A stretch of 63,222 nt of DNA, counting the filler, from a bacterium (GTDB lineage Bacteria; JAMORN01): NCBI GenBank assembly GCA_027063545.1. It is 12 parts of 12 records of this genome, joined end to end, with 100 filler letters (N's around TTAATTAATTAA, not from the genome) between each part and the next. Parts side by side here need not be neighbours in the genome. Positions count along the whole stretch, not along the records: positions 60,300 to 63,222 come from JAMORN010000201.1; 11 more parts are not named here. One strand, written 5' to 3'. Below, piece by piece: positions 61,872 to 63,222 of this stretch; position 1 is the first letter of the stretch, and each line of letters starts with the position of its first letter. Both the position numbers and the translations under genes were made by a program. The notes under the pieces were generated by a model. The model was not told the origin of the DNA and ran no database searches. It was given only the letters and a program-made list of their open reading frames with translations.

Positions 61872-63222
61872 ATGGCGGATAAAAGATATAATTTTGTCGT
61901 AATTGGCTCTGGAATTGCAGGACTCACAGCAGCTATACTTTTGTCAAAAATTGGAAAGGTAGCAGTTATAACAAAAGATGATCCTTTAGAAACAAATACG
62001 TTCTATGCTCAGGGGGGGATAGCAGCTGTTTTATCTCCAGATGATAATTTTGAAGAACATATTGAAGATACAATAAATGCAGGATGGGGCCTTTCTGATT
62101 TAAATGTTGTAAAAATAGTTGTTGAAAGTGCACCTAAAGTTATAAAATTTTTAGAGGACCAAGGTGTACCATTCAATAAAATTCCTGGAGATGGTCTTGA
62201 TTTAGGAAGGGAAGCTGGCCATTCTAAAAATAGAATAGTTCACTATTATGATTTAACAGGAGAAGCAATTCAAAAAACATTATTAGAAAGAATTGTTCAT
62301 AATAAAAATATAGATTTATATTCTTATCATATAGTTATTGATTTTATAAGAGAAGAGGATATAATAAATTTCACTTTCGACAATGATATATATGGAATAT
62401 ATGCCTTAGATGTAAAAAAAGGGAAAATATTAAAATTTTTATCAGATTATACAATCTTAGCTTCCGGTGGGGGAGGAAATATATATACAACTACAACAAA
62501 TCCATCTGTGGCAACAGGAGATGGGTTTGCTTTATCTTTTTTTAATAGTTTATCTTTGGGAAATATGGAGTTTGTTCAGTTTCATCCAACAGCATTTTAT
62601 ACTGAAGAAGGTAGAAGTTTTTTAATTACAGAAGCAATAAGGGGTAAAGGAGCAATAGTTAGAGATAGTGATGGATATGCATTTTTAAAGGATTATGATC
62701 CTAGAGCTGAGCTTGCACCTAGAGATATTGTAGCAAAAGCTATAGATTCCCATTTGAAAAAGAGGGGAGAAAAATATGTTTTCTTAGATGCTACTGTAAT
62801 AGGTGAGAGAGTAAAGAAAGAATTTCCTAAAGTATACAATTATTGTATATCTAAAGGTATAGATATAACTAAAGATTGGATACCTATAAAACCAGCAGCT
62901 CATTATTTTTGTGGAGGTGTAAAGGTAGATATTAATGGTAAAACAGAATATAATAGATTATTTGCAACAGGTGAGGTGGCTTATACAGGACTTCATGGAG
63001 CAAATAGATTAGCATCTAACTCATTGCTTGAAGCATTAGTTTTTTCTCATAACATTTTTGATTATATAAAGAATAATTTTATTCCTCTTAAGACAAGTAA
63101 TAATATAAAAGTAAAAAACTTTATAAGTTATCCATCAATTTTTGATGCTAATATGGAAAAAATATTAATTTCTCATGAAAAAGAGACAATAAAAAATATA
63201 ATGACAGATTTAGTGGGAATTG
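61872..63222 (+). CDS. nadB: L-aspartate oxidase, runs off the window end
   Basis: Not in the ORF track; VIGSGIAGL, YAQGGIAAV, REAGHS..RIVH, EFVQFHPT, TEAIRG, ELAPRDIV, AAHYFCGG, TGLHGANRLASNSLLE. Confidence 0.96.
   Translation, partial: MADKRYNFVVIGSGIAGLTAAILLSKIGKVAVITKDDPLETNTFYAQGGIAAVLSPDDNFEEHIEDTINAGWGLSDLNVVKIVVESAPKVIKFLEDQGVPFNKIPGDGLDLGREAGHSKNRIVHYYDLTGEAIQKTLLERIVHNKNIDLYSYHIVIDFIREEDIINFTFDNDIYGIYALDVKKGKILKFLSDYTILASGGGGNIYTTTTNPSVATGDGFALSFFNSLSLGNMEFVQFHPTAFYTEEGRSFLITEAIRGKGAIVRDSDGYAFLKDYDPRAELAPRDIVAKAIDSHLKKRGEKYVFLDATVIGERVKKEFPKVYNYCISKGIDITKDWIPIKPAAHYFCGGVKVDINGKTEYNRLFATGEVAYTGLHGANRLASNSLLEALVFSHNIFDYIKNNFIPLKTSNNIKVKNFISYPSIFDANMEKILISHEKETIKNIMTDLVGI

Noticed and set aside
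1-63222. tRNA, rRNA, transposase, integrase, prophage, CRISPR or defence genes
   Set aside because: No such motifs or structured GC-rich islands seen by eye, apart from two hairpins; a covariance-model scan would be needed to exclude small RNAs fully.

Overview
This window is not one locus. It is 12 short, very AT-rich bacterial contigs (about 4.2-5.8 kb each) joined by 11 artificial 100-nt spacers (N44-TTAATTAATTAA-N44), so gene neighbourhoods only mean something inside a contig. The organism is a diderm with LPS (waaA, hldD, lapA/lapB, Mla ABC, Omp85). PorV-like and T9SS-CTD-like proteins point to an FCB-group lineage, and the K/E/I-rich proteins suggest a possible thermophile; both are inferences. 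Most content is housekeeping: rho, uvrA, metK/ahcY, rplU/rpmA, radA, dnaB, RNase G, thiGHS, yebC-ruvCAB, secA-tmk-ctpA-waaA, citrate synthase/malic enzyme, recO, nadB. I saw no rRNA, tRNA, CRISPR or mobile element. Four signals stand out. (1) Two adjacent class III nucleotide cyclase genes have reciprocally degenerate active sites, predicting a two-gene heterodimer built like the C1/C2 halves of mammalian membrane adenylyl cyclase; they are co-transcribed with a metalloprotease-propeller-Omp85 gene and a PTS IIA gene. (2) The Bacteroidota O-glycosylation sequon D-(S/T)-(A/I/L/V/M/T) is strongly enriched in exported proteins only. (3) A candidate sigma54-driven ~135-nt small RNA carries repeated anti-Shine-Dalgarno/anti-AUG motifs. 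(4) T9SS-like cargo and PorV-like genes are present.
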